A stretch of DNA of 64,000 nucleotides from Dehalococcoidia bacterium. Lineage in GTDB: Bacteria > Chloroflexota > Dehalococcoidia > Lucifugimonadales > CAJWER01. The notes beneath the pieces are model-generated. The model ran no database searches and was not told the origin of the DNA. It saw only the letters and a program-made list of their open reading frames with translations. The DNA lies in assembly GCA_963666125.1 (NCBI GenBank), contig OY762633.1:1474935-1538934 (forward strand), in the 5' to 3' direction. Below are positions 11,673 through 19,173 of this stretch, piece by piece. The translations under genes were made by a program, and so were the position numbers. Numbering within the stretch: position 1 is the stretch's first letter; every line of letters begins with the position of its first letter.

Positions 11673-12779
11673 TCAGCGCAGGGGGGCGGCGTAGATCTGG
11701 CCGCCCTTCGGGCAGCCGGCGCAGGGAGCATCGGCCCAGAGGGCGTTTCGGCTCCCCTCGCGTGGCAGGTCAATGCCGCCCGGCCCCAGGTGGCGCTCGT
11801 AGATCTCGCCGTAGTTGCCGACGGCACCGATGACCGCCTGGCCCACGGTCTCGTCCAGCCCGAGCCCCTCCTGGCCGAACGACCCCTCCGTGCCAAGCAG
11901 CCGCTTCACCTTCACGTTGTCGCTGCCCGCCATGGTGCTCACGTTGCCCGAATCGACGCCGTAAGCCTCGGCATAGATGAGGATGCCCATGACCGTCTTC
12001 ACGATGTCGAACCACTGCTCGTCGCCGTGGGGCACGACCGGCCCCAGCGGCTCCTCGGAGATCGTCTCAGGCAGGATGACGTGGTCCTGAGGATTGGCGA
12101 GGGTGCTGCGCAGGGCCGTGAGCGCCGATCGGTCGGATGTGAACACGTCGCAGGCGCCGCTCGCGTACGACTCCAGGGCCACCTGGGACTCCTCGAACAC
12201 CCTGGCGTCGTACTCCAGGTTGTTCTGCCGGAAGAAGTCGGCCATGTTCAGCTCGGTAGTGGTGCCGCTGGTGACGCACACCGACGCCCCGCCGAGGTCG
12301 TACGAGCTGTCGACCCCCAGGCTTGCCTGCACCATGAAGCCCTGGCCGTCGTAGAACATGGTCTGGACGAAGTTGCCCCAGTACACGTCCCTGGACGTGG
12401 TCCACGTGGTGACGAACACCAGCATGTCCACTTCGCCCGACTGGAGGACCGGGCCCCGTTCGGCTGCGGTAAGCATGCGGACGTCGATGGCGTCCGGGTC
12501 GCCCAGGACGGCGGCTGCCACGGCGCGGCAGAGGTCGATGTCGAACCCGGTGGCCCTGCCCGTCTCGTCCAGAAATCCGAAGCCCGGCGTGTCCGTAACG
12601 GCGGCGCAGACGAGGCTGCCGCGCGCCCGGACCGCGTCCAGCCGGGAGCCCGCGGCCTTCTCGTCCGCCGTCTCGACGGCCGAGTCGGGCTCGCCGTTCT
12701 CGTCCGCGCACGCGGCGAGCGCGGCCAGGGCCAGGATCAGGCCCAAGGCCGCGACGAATCTGCTGTCGACTCGGAGCAT
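11673..12779 (-). CDS. Amino-acid ABC transporter substrate-binding lipoprotein (AapJ-like), copy 1
   Basis: 368 aa. The lipoprotein signal is LILALAALAACADENG. It shows strong full-length similarity to the next gene, and both end in GGQIYAAPLR. Confidence 0.88.
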   Translation of the reverse strand: MLRVDSRFVAALGLILALAALAACADENGEPDSAVETADEKAAGSRLDAVRARGSLVCAAVTDTPGFGFLDETGRATGFDIDLCRAVAAAVLGDPDAIDVRMLTAAERGPVLQSGEVDMLVFVTTWTTSRDVYWGNFVQTMFYDGQGFMVQASLGVDSSYDLGGASVCVTSGTTTELNMADFFRQNNLEYDARVFEESQVALESYASGACDVFTSDRSALTALRSTLANPQDHVILPETISEEPLGPVVPHGDEQWFDIVKTVMGILIYAEAYGVDSGNVSTMAGSDNVKVKRLLGTEGSFGQEGLGLDETVGQAVIGAVGNYGEIYERHLGPGGIDLPREGSRNALWADAPCAGCPKGGQIYAAPLR

Positions 12780-12789
12780 CTGTCACCTC

Positions 12790-12820
12790 GAGCCCGCCAC
12801 GACTGGGCCGTGGCGGGCTC
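12790..12820 (-). other. Intercistronic stem-loop between the two binding-protein genes
   Basis: The forward sequence gagcccgccac-gactgggcc-gtggcgggctc gives 11-bp perfect arms and a 9-nt loop. There is no U tract. It lies directly before the RBS and ATG of copy 1. Confidence 0.55.
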
Positions 12821-12834
12821 GGCCTTCGTTCGCT

Positions 12835-14073
12835 CTATCTCAGGGGCGCGGCGTAGATCTGGCCGCCCTTCGGGCAGTCGGAGCAGGGGGCGTCGGCCCA
12901 GAGGGCGTTCCGGCCACCCTCGCGGGGCAGGTCGACTCCGCCCTCTCCGAGGTTGCGCTCGTAGATCTCGCCGTAGTTGCCCACGGCCTTGATGATATCC
13001 TGGCCGACGTTCTGGCCGAGACCGAGCTCCTCCTGGCCGAAGGAGCCCTCGGTGCCCAGGAGGCGCTTCGCCTTCACGTTGTCGCCCGCCGCAATGGCGT
13101 CCACGTTGCCCGAGTCAATGCCGTATGCCTCGGCGAAGATGAGCAGGCCCATCACGGTCTTGACGATGTCGAACCACTGGTCGTCGCCGTGGGGCACGAC
13201 CGGGCCCAGAGGCTCCTCGGAGATCGTCTCAGGCAGGATGACGTGCTCCTCGGGATTGGGCAGGGCGCTGCGGAGCGCCGCTAGCTGCGAGCGGTCGTTG
13301 GTGAACACGTCGCAGGACCCGCTCTTGTAGGACTCGAGGACCACGTCGGTGTCCTCGTAGACCTTGGGGTTGTAGTCCAAGCCGTTCTGCCGGAAGAAGT
13401 CCGCCATGTTCAGCTCGGTGGTGGTGCCAGCGGTCACGCACACGGCTGCTCCGCCCAACTCATAGGCGCTGGTTACGCCCAGCTTGGCCGGGACCATGAA
13501 GCCCTGGCCGTCGTAGAACATGGTCTGGGCGTAGTTGCCCCAGGAGGCGTCGCGCGAAGTGGTCCAGGTGACCGTGCGCACGAGCATGTCCACCTCGCCC
13601 GACTGGATCGTGGGGCCGCGCTCGGCGGCGGTGATCAGCCGGATCTCGATGGCGTTGGGATCCCCAAGGACTGCCGTCGCAAGGGCGCGGCACAGGTCGA
13701 TGTCGAACCCGACGTTGTTGCCGGCGGCGTCCAGCGAGCCGTAGCCGGGCACGTCGTTGCGGCTGGCGCAGATGACCTTGCCGCGCTGCTTCACCGTGTC
13801 GAGGCGGCTGCCCATCATCTCGCCGCCCGTGGATGCCTTGGCGGCGTCCAACTCCCTCTGGAGCGCATCGTAGTCGGCCTTCGAAACCATGTCGCCCGAA
13901 GCGGCCCCCGACTGCGCCGCGTCCAGGGCTGCCTTCGTGCTGTCCAGCTCTGTCTTGAGCGCGTCGTAGTCCGACTGCGACACGCCGTCGCCGTCGGAGC
14001 AGGCGACGGCCGCGACCAGCGCCAGCATCGCCCCTACGACTACGACATACTTCGCCAATTGCCTCATGGTCAT
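12835..14073 (-). CDS. Amino-acid ABC transporter substrate-binding lipoprotein (AapJ-like), copy 2, with a repeat-containing N-terminal linker
   Basis: 412 aa. The signal and lipobox read VVVGAMLALVAAVACSDG. An extra ~45-aa segment contains two similar units (SQSDYDALKTELDSTKAALDAA and SKADYDALQRELDAAKAS). The remainder aligns with copy 1. Confidence 0.88.
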   Translation of the reverse strand: MTMRQLAKYVVVVGAMLALVAAVACSDGDGVSQSDYDALKTELDSTKAALDAAQSGAASGDMVSKADYDALQRELDAAKASTGGEMMGSRLDTVKQRGKVICASRNDVPGYGSLDAAGNNVGFDIDLCRALATAVLGDPNAIEIRLITAAERGPTIQSGEVDMLVRTVTWTTSRDASWGNYAQTMFYDGQGFMVPAKLGVTSAYELGGAAVCVTAGTTTELNMADFFRQNGLDYNPKVYEDTDVVLESYKSGSCDVFTNDRSQLAALRSALPNPEEHVILPETISEEPLGPVVPHGDDQWFDIVKTVMGLLIFAEAYGIDSGNVDAIAAGDNVKAKRLLGTEGSFGQEELGLGQNVGQDIIKAVGNYGEIYERNLGEGGVDLPREGGRNALWADAPCSDCPKGGQIYAAPLR

Positions 14074-14180
14074 CCTCCATCAAAATCCAAGATTCGTCCG
14101 AGTCATACCTATGTTAGCATCGCTATGTCCAGAGTGCCAATAATGACCCGGCCCTTTTTCTCCCGTTCGTGAGGGAATTT

Positions 14181-15353
14181 TCACGAATTCCCGCCAAGAT
14201 GGGACTGAATATCACCAAGTGCACGCCGGGATATGATCTCCCGCATGATCTCGGACGTGCCGGCGGCGATGGTCCAGAGCCGGTAGTCCCGCGCGAACCG
14301 CTCCACCGGCGTCTCCCGGATATAGCCGTAGCCCCCGTGCATCTGCACGCCCTCGTAGGCGACCATGTTGGCCACCTCGGTGGCATGGAGCTTCGCCATC
14401 GACACGGCGACCTCGGCCTCCTTCCCCTCAGCGAACAGGGATGCGGCGTGGTACGTGAGCCGGCGGGCCGCTTCGAGCCGCGTCAGGATGTCCGCGAACC
14501 TGTGGCGCAGGGCCTGGAGGTCCGAGAGGGGCCGGTCGAACGCGACGCGCTGGCGCAGGTGCGCGGCCGTGTCCTCCAGTGCCTGCGTGGCGGCCGAGAT
14601 GCTGAGCACGGCAGCCAGGAGCCGCTCGCGCTGCAGGCCGGACGCGAGCTGGTGAAAGCCGCGGTTCTCCTCCCCCAGGAGGTTCGACGCGGGAACGCGC
14701 GCGTCCTCGAACACGATCTCAGCCGTGTCCGACGACAGCATCCCGGTCTTGTCCAGCTTCTTGGTGACGGTCAGCCCCGGGGTGTCGCGCTCGACAAGCA
14801 ATTGGGATAGCTGGCGATGGCGGGGCCCTTCCCTGCCCGTCCGTGCGGACACGAAGTACAGGTCGCCGTACACGCCGTTCGTGGTGAAGGTCTTGGAGCC
14901 GTTCAGCACCCATTCGTCGCCGTCGCGCTCCGCCCTGGTGGATATCCCGGCCATGTCGGACCCGGCGCCCGGCTCGGTAATGGCCAGGGCGCACACCTTC
15001 TCGCCGCTGATCACCGGGGGCAGGTAGCGCGACTTCTGCTCGTCGGTGCCCAATCTGGCCAGCCAGGGCGAGGACATGTCCGTGTGGACGATCACGCTGA
15101 ACGCCACGCCCCCGGCGCGGCACCGGGCCAGCTCCTCGGCCAGGACTACCGTCATCCAGAAGTCCGCGCCGCCGCCGCCGTACTCCGGCGGATACTCGAC
15201 GCCCAGGAAGCCCAGCTCGCCCAGCTTGCGGAACAGCCTGCGCGGGATCTCGCCGCGCTCCTCCCACTCGTCCACGTTTGGGACGATCTCCTCCTCCACG
15301 AAGCGCCGCACCGCCGAGCGGAACAGCTCATGCTCGTCCCGGAATGGGTCCAT
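14181..15353 (-). CDS. Acyl-CoA dehydrogenase
   Basis: 390 aa with typical ACAD regions: ALAITEPGAGSDMAG, the FTTNG region, and YGYIRETPVERFARDYRLWTIAAGTSEIMREIISR. Confidence 0.92.
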   Translation of the reverse strand: MDPFRDEHELFRSAVRRFVEEEIVPNVDEWEERGEIPRRLFRKLGELGFLGVEYPPEYGGGGADFWMTVVLAEELARCRAGGVAFSVIVHTDMSSPWLARLGTDEQKSRYLPPVISGEKVCALAITEPGAGSDMAGISTRAERDGDEWVLNGSKTFTTNGVYGDLYFVSARTGREGPRHRQLSQLLVERDTPGLTVTKKLDKTGMLSSDTAEIVFEDARVPASNLLGEENRGFHQLASGLQRERLLAAVLSISAATQALEDTAAHLRQRVAFDRPLSDLQALRHRFADILTRLEAARRLTYHAASLFAEGKEAEVAVSMAKLHATEVANMVAYEGVQMHGGYGYIRETPVERFARDYRLWTIAAGTSEIMREIISRRALGDIQSHLGGNS

Positions 15354-15361
15354 GCCTGCTC

Positions 15362-16996
15362 CTACCGCGACCGCTCCAGCTCGAGCCGGCGTAGCTCGTT
15401 CCGCCTTATCTTGCCGCTGATCGTCTTGGGCAGGTCGTCGACGAACTCCACCTCGCGCGGGTACTTGTAGGGTGCGGTGACGCGCTTGACGTGGTCCTGC
15501 AACTCGGTGACCAGCTCGTCGGACGGGCTATTGCCCTGGGCCAGGACCACGAACGCCTTCACGATCTCGCTGCGCATGGGGTCGGGCTTGCCTATGACCG
15601 CGGCCTCCGCCACCGAGTCGTGCTCGACGAGCGCAGACTCGACCTCGAACGGCCCTATGCGGTACGAGGCGCTGATGATCACGTCGTCGGCCCGGCCCAC
15701 GAACCAGAAGTAGCCCTCGTCGTCGCGGGTCGCCAGGTCTCCCGTGTAGTACCAGCCATTGCGGAAGGCGCTGGCGTTCGCCTCGGGGTTGCGCCAGTAT
15801 CCGGGGAACAGGCCGACGGGCCATTCCGGCTCCGTTCGGACGGCCATGTTGCCCTCCTGTCCGTCCGGAAGCTCAGCGCCGTCCTCGTCCACGATCGCCA
15901 TGTAGAATCCCGGCGCCGTCACGCCCATCGACCCGGGCCTGTACTCCATGCCCGGGAACGTGGCCGCCAGGAGCGTCGTCTCAGTCTGCCCGTACCCCTC
16001 CCATATGTGCAGGCCCGTCTGGTCGCGCCACTCGTCGATGACCTCGGGATTGACGGCCTCCCCCGCGCCCACGACGTGCCTCAGCGCCTTCGGCCTGAAC
16101 CTGCCCAGGTCCTCCTGCACCATCATGCGGTAGGCCGTTGGCGGCGCGAAGAATGTCGTTATGGGGTACTCCTCGAACATCCGCAGCGTACCCGCGGCGT
16201 CGAAGCGGCCCCGGTGGTCCCAGATGAAGATGGCCGCGCCCATGTTCCACGGGGCGAAGAAGCACGTCCAGGACGCCTGCGCCCAGCCGGTGTCGGCCAG
16301 CGTCCAGTGGAGGTCGTCAGGCCGGTTGTCGAGCCAGAACTTGCCCGTGGCCACGTGCCCGATGGGGTAGGTCGAGTGGGTGTTCATCACCATCTTTGGG
16401 TGGCCCGTCGTCCCGGACGTGAAGTAGATGACCAAGGGGTACGAGGCGGGGTTGCCAGGGTGAGGGAGGTCTGCGGACGAGGCTTTGATGAGGTCTTCGT
16501 ATTCGAGCCAGGGGCCCTTGCCGCCCACGACGACCACCTTCTCCAGGGTGGGGCAGTCGGCCCGGACCGACTCGATCTTATCGACGTTGTCCGGGTCGGT
16601 GATGGCAACGGTCGACTCGGAGATGTTGATCCGGTAGGTGATGTCCTTGGGCGTGAGCAGGGTCGTGCCCGGCACGGGCACGATGCGGGCCCTCATGCAG
16701 CCGAGCATGATCTCCCACCATTCGACGACGCGCGGGAGCATCGTGAAGACGCGGCCGCCGGGCCTCACGCCCAGCCCAGCGAGGGCGTTGCCGATGCGCT
16801 TCGACCGCTCACCCATCTCGCGGAAGGTCGCCTCCCGCGACGTGCCGTCCTGTCCAACCCAGACCATCGCGACCTTGTTGGGGTCCCGACCCCACTCGTC
16901 GAAGACCTCGTAGGCCCAGTTGTAGGTCTCCGGCACCGTCTGCCGGAAGGTGCGGTACGTCTCGGCATAGTCGCCGATCTGGTACTTGTGGCTCAT
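15362..16996 (-). CDS. AMP-forming acyl-CoA synthetase (medium-chain type)
   Basis: The track ORF 15362-17893 is trimmed to the Met of MSHKYQIGDYAETYRTF (cat at 16994-16996). That start overlaps the CoA-transferase stop by 4 nt (ATGA). The AMP-binding motif is YFTSGTTGHPKMV and the C-terminus reads LPKTISGKIRR. Confidence 0.9.
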   Translation of the reverse strand: MSHKYQIGDYAETYRTFRQTVPETYNWAYEVFDEWGRDPNKVAMVWVGQDGTSREATFREMGERSKRIGNALAGLGVRPGGRVFTMLPRVVEWWEIMLGCMRARIVPVPGTTLLTPKDITYRINISESTVAITDPDNVDKIESVRADCPTLEKVVVVGGKGPWLEYEDLIKASSADLPHPGNPASYPLVIYFTSGTTGHPKMVMNTHSTYPIGHVATGKFWLDNRPDDLHWTLADTGWAQASWTCFFAPWNMGAAIFIWDHRGRFDAAGTLRMFEEYPITTFFAPPTAYRMMVQEDLGRFRPKALRHVVGAGEAVNPEVIDEWRDQTGLHIWEGYGQTETTLLAATFPGMEYRPGSMGVTAPGFYMAIVDEDGAELPDGQEGNMAVRTEPEWPVGLFPGYWRNPEANASAFRNGWYYTGDLATRDDEGYFWFVGRADDVIISASYRIGPFEVESALVEHDSVAEAAVIGKPDPMRSEIVKAFVVLAQGNSPSDELVTELQDHVKRVTAPYKYPREVEFVDDLPKTISGKIRRNELRRLELERSR

Positions 16997-18174
16997 GACG
17001 CTGCCGTATGCTCCATGGCGCCGAACACGCCCGCTGCCCTCAGCTCTTCGACCTCGGCCTGCGAGTATCCGGCCCCGGCCAGTATGTCGTCGGACTGCTC
17101 GCCCAGGCCCGGCGGGGCCTTGAACGGGCCGGTCGGCCCGGTCGAGAAGCGCGCGGGCTGTCCCAGGAACGTTGCCCCGCCGACGGAGGCGAACATGCCC
17201 CGCGCCATGAAGTGAGGATTGCCCAGGACTTCGGCCAGGTCGGAGACGGCGGCAGCGGGCACGTCGGCGGCGAGCAGCGCGTCCTCCCAATCCACGGCCG
17301 TCCTGGTGGGGAATACCTCGGCGAGCGCGGCCCGGATGGAGTCCGCCTCCCTCAGCCTCTCGTCCAGGTCCATCCCTGCCATGCGCCCAAGTCTGGCCAC
17401 GCCGCAGAAGCGGTCCCAGAAGTGGTCCTCGTGGACTATGCCGAGGCTGAGCCACCGTCCGTCGGCGCACGGGAACAGCCCGTAGTGCGGGATGAAGGTC
17501 ACGTTCGGACTGCGGCCGTCTTCCGACGGGTCCCCTGCCCTTCCGACCTCTAGCCCCATGAGGGCCAGGGCCGCGTCGGTCATCGAGAGGTCGATGTATG
17601 CGCCGGCGCCGGATGCGCCGCGTCCCGCCACGGCGGCCAGGGTCATGATGGCCGCGTAGAGCCCCGACACCAGGTCGGAGAACAGGACGGCGGGAGGCCA
17701 CGGCCTCCCCTCGACCGCCGCCTGCAGGCCCATGTAGCCGCTGAGCGCAAGGTAGTTCACGTCGTGCCCGGGCCTGTCGCGCCACGGCCCATCCTGGCCG
17801 AACCCCGAGATGGAGCAGTAGACCAACCCCGAGTTGTCCTCGGACAGGGCGGCGTAGTCGGCCCCAAGCCGCTCGGCCACGCCCGGCCGCCACCCTTCGA
17901 GCACTATGTCCGCGCGCCGGGCAAGCCTGCGGAGCGCCTCCCTGCCGCCGTCGGTTTTGAGATCGAGGGCGATGCTATCCTTGCCGTGGTTGATGCTGGC
18001 CCAGATGCCAGGGCTGTGGCGGAGTGGGTCGCCGCCGGGCGGCTCTACCTTGATCACGCGGGCGCCCAAGTCTCCCAGGATCGTCGAGCAGAACGGCCCG
18101 GGGACGTTGACAGTCATGTCCAAGACCGAAATATGCGCCAGCGGGCCGCGGCTATCGTCGTTCAAGGGGTTCAT
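16993..18174 (-). CDS. Family III CoA-transferase (CaiB/BaiF-like)
   Basis: 393 aa. The N-terminus ISVLDMTVNVPGPFCSTILGDLGARVIKVEPPGGDPLR is typical of the family. Confidence 0.9.
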   Translation of the reverse strand: MNPLNDDSRGPLAHISVLDMTVNVPGPFCSTILGDLGARVIKVEPPGGDPLRHSPGIWASINHGKDSIALDLKTDGGREALRRLARRADIVLEGWRPGVAERLGADYAALSEDNSGLVYCSISGFGQDGPWRDRPGHDVNYLALSGYMGLQAAVEGRPWPPAVLFSDLVSGLYAAIMTLAAVAGRGASGAGAYIDLSMTDAALALMGLEVGRAGDPSEDGRSPNVTFIPHYGLFPCADGRWLSLGIVHEDHFWDRFCGVARLGRMAGMDLDERLREADSIRAALAEVFPTRTAVDWEDALLAADVPAAAVSDLAEVLGNPHFMARGMFASVGGATFLGQPARFSTGPTGPFKAPPGLGEQSDDILAGAGYSQAEVEELRAAGVFGAMEHTAAS

Positions 18175-18218
18175 CGTCCGGCACCTGCATCCCCGGGTTG
18201 CCGTTCCATCATGCCGGT

Positions 18219-18908
18219 TCAGTCCGAGCCGCTGCCCCTGAATCGACCGATGAACTTGGAGCCTTGCCTCTCCTTGATCCCGGAGCCGATGAGGGCGATC
18301 TCGTTGGGCAGCACTATACCGCCCGAGAACACTAGCTTCATGGCCTCCTCCACCGTGAGGTCCGTCTCCAGGATCTCGCCCTCCGGAACGAAGGCTATGT
18401 TGCCCGAGGTCGGGTTCGGGACCGTCGGGATGTAGATGATGATTATCGACTCATCCCTGTCGGGAGGGGTGAGGAAGCCGGTCACGAACCCTATGGCGAC
18501 TGAGCCTTCCCGTGGCCACTCCACGAAGACGACGCGGCTGAAGTGCTGCTGGGAGGAGAGGGCCTCCATCGCCGTCTCTGAGACGCCGTATATCGTGCTG
18601 ACGATGGGGATGTGGTTCAGGACCGCGCTCGTCCACTCCATCACCTTCCGCCCCGGCATGGTGGCGATCATCAGCCCGATGACGTAGCAGATGATTATGA
18701 GGACGACCAGCCCCACGCCCGGTACGTCCACCGATACGCCCAGTATCTCCCGGCCTTCTACGAACGGCTGTACGGCGGAGTCGGTGTGGCCGATGATGAA
18801 GAGGATGACCACGATGGTGACGATCAGGGGCAGGAGGGCCAGGAGACCGGACAAGGTCATGCCCACCGCGTGACTCTCGATGCGCTTGAGTGCACGCCAG
18901 AGTACCAA
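18219..18908 (-). CDS. DUF502 family membrane protein
   Basis: 229 aa with two N-terminal TM helices and the family hallmark IPTVPNPTSGNIAFVPEGEI. The start could be the internal Met (MTLSGLLALL). Confidence 0.8.
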   Translation of the reverse strand: MVLWRALKRIESHAVGMTLSGLLALLPLIVTIVVILFIIGHTDSAVQPFVEGREILGVSVDVPGVGLVVLIIICYVIGLMIATMPGRKVMEWTSAVLNHIPIVSTIYGVSETAMEALSSQQHFSRVVFVEWPREGSVAIGFVTGFLTPPDRDESIIIIYIPTVPNPTSGNIAFVPEGEILETDLTVEEAMKLVFSGGIVLPNEIALIGSGIKERQGSKFIGRFRGSGSD

Positions 18909-19173
18909 GGTTCATCCTCCCCCACGCGAGCAGGCCGTCCCTGCTCATGCGGCAATCGCGGCTGGTCGGTACAACGACCCGAAGTCACCCGTACTGTAGC
19001 GGAACAGCCGCCCGGTTTCAACGGATAATGTTGGGAATTTCCAATACCGGGCTTGAAATCGACCCCGTCGGTGAGCAATCCAAATTTCTGAACAAAGCCA
19101 AAACTTTGGATAGAACTTAGTTGACTATTTTTCCAAAGAGGGTCTAGCCTGTCATCATATGGAGGTTTTTCAT

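Noticed and set aside
9166-11694. An 842-aa plus-strand ORF, and similar long ORFs such as 4686-5858(-), 6464-7597(-), 6796-8394(+), 19236-21245(+), 41874-42971(-) and 47130-48179(+).
   Set aside because: They lie antisense or out of frame to genes with clear family motifs. Their translations are low-complexity R/G/P/A/H/D-rich strings with no motifs. They are the expected stop-codon-poor shadows of high-GC coding DNA.
15362-17893. The 843-aa ORF read as a single giant acyl-CoA synthetase. Also the N-terminally extended ORFs 36141-38045, 55352-57118, 6179-8347, 8336-9415 and 3590-4858.
   Set aside because: The N-terminal extensions overlap the upstream genes (CoA-transferase, protease, lexA and others) in another frame and are compositionally junk. 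Internal starts coupled to the upstream stop codons, or preceded by SD sequences, give proteins of normal family length.
18909-19158. A 250-bp AT-richer intergenic region, with small track ORFs 18857-19198(-) and 18890-19120(+), examined for a tRNA, sRNA or small gene.
   Set aside because: No tRNA-like T-arm or anticodon structure is present and no convincing terminator exists. The ORF translations have no motifs. It most likely holds divergent promoter regions for DUF502 and the VWA-like gene. A weak TTGACT-18-TAGCCT is the only promoter-like match.
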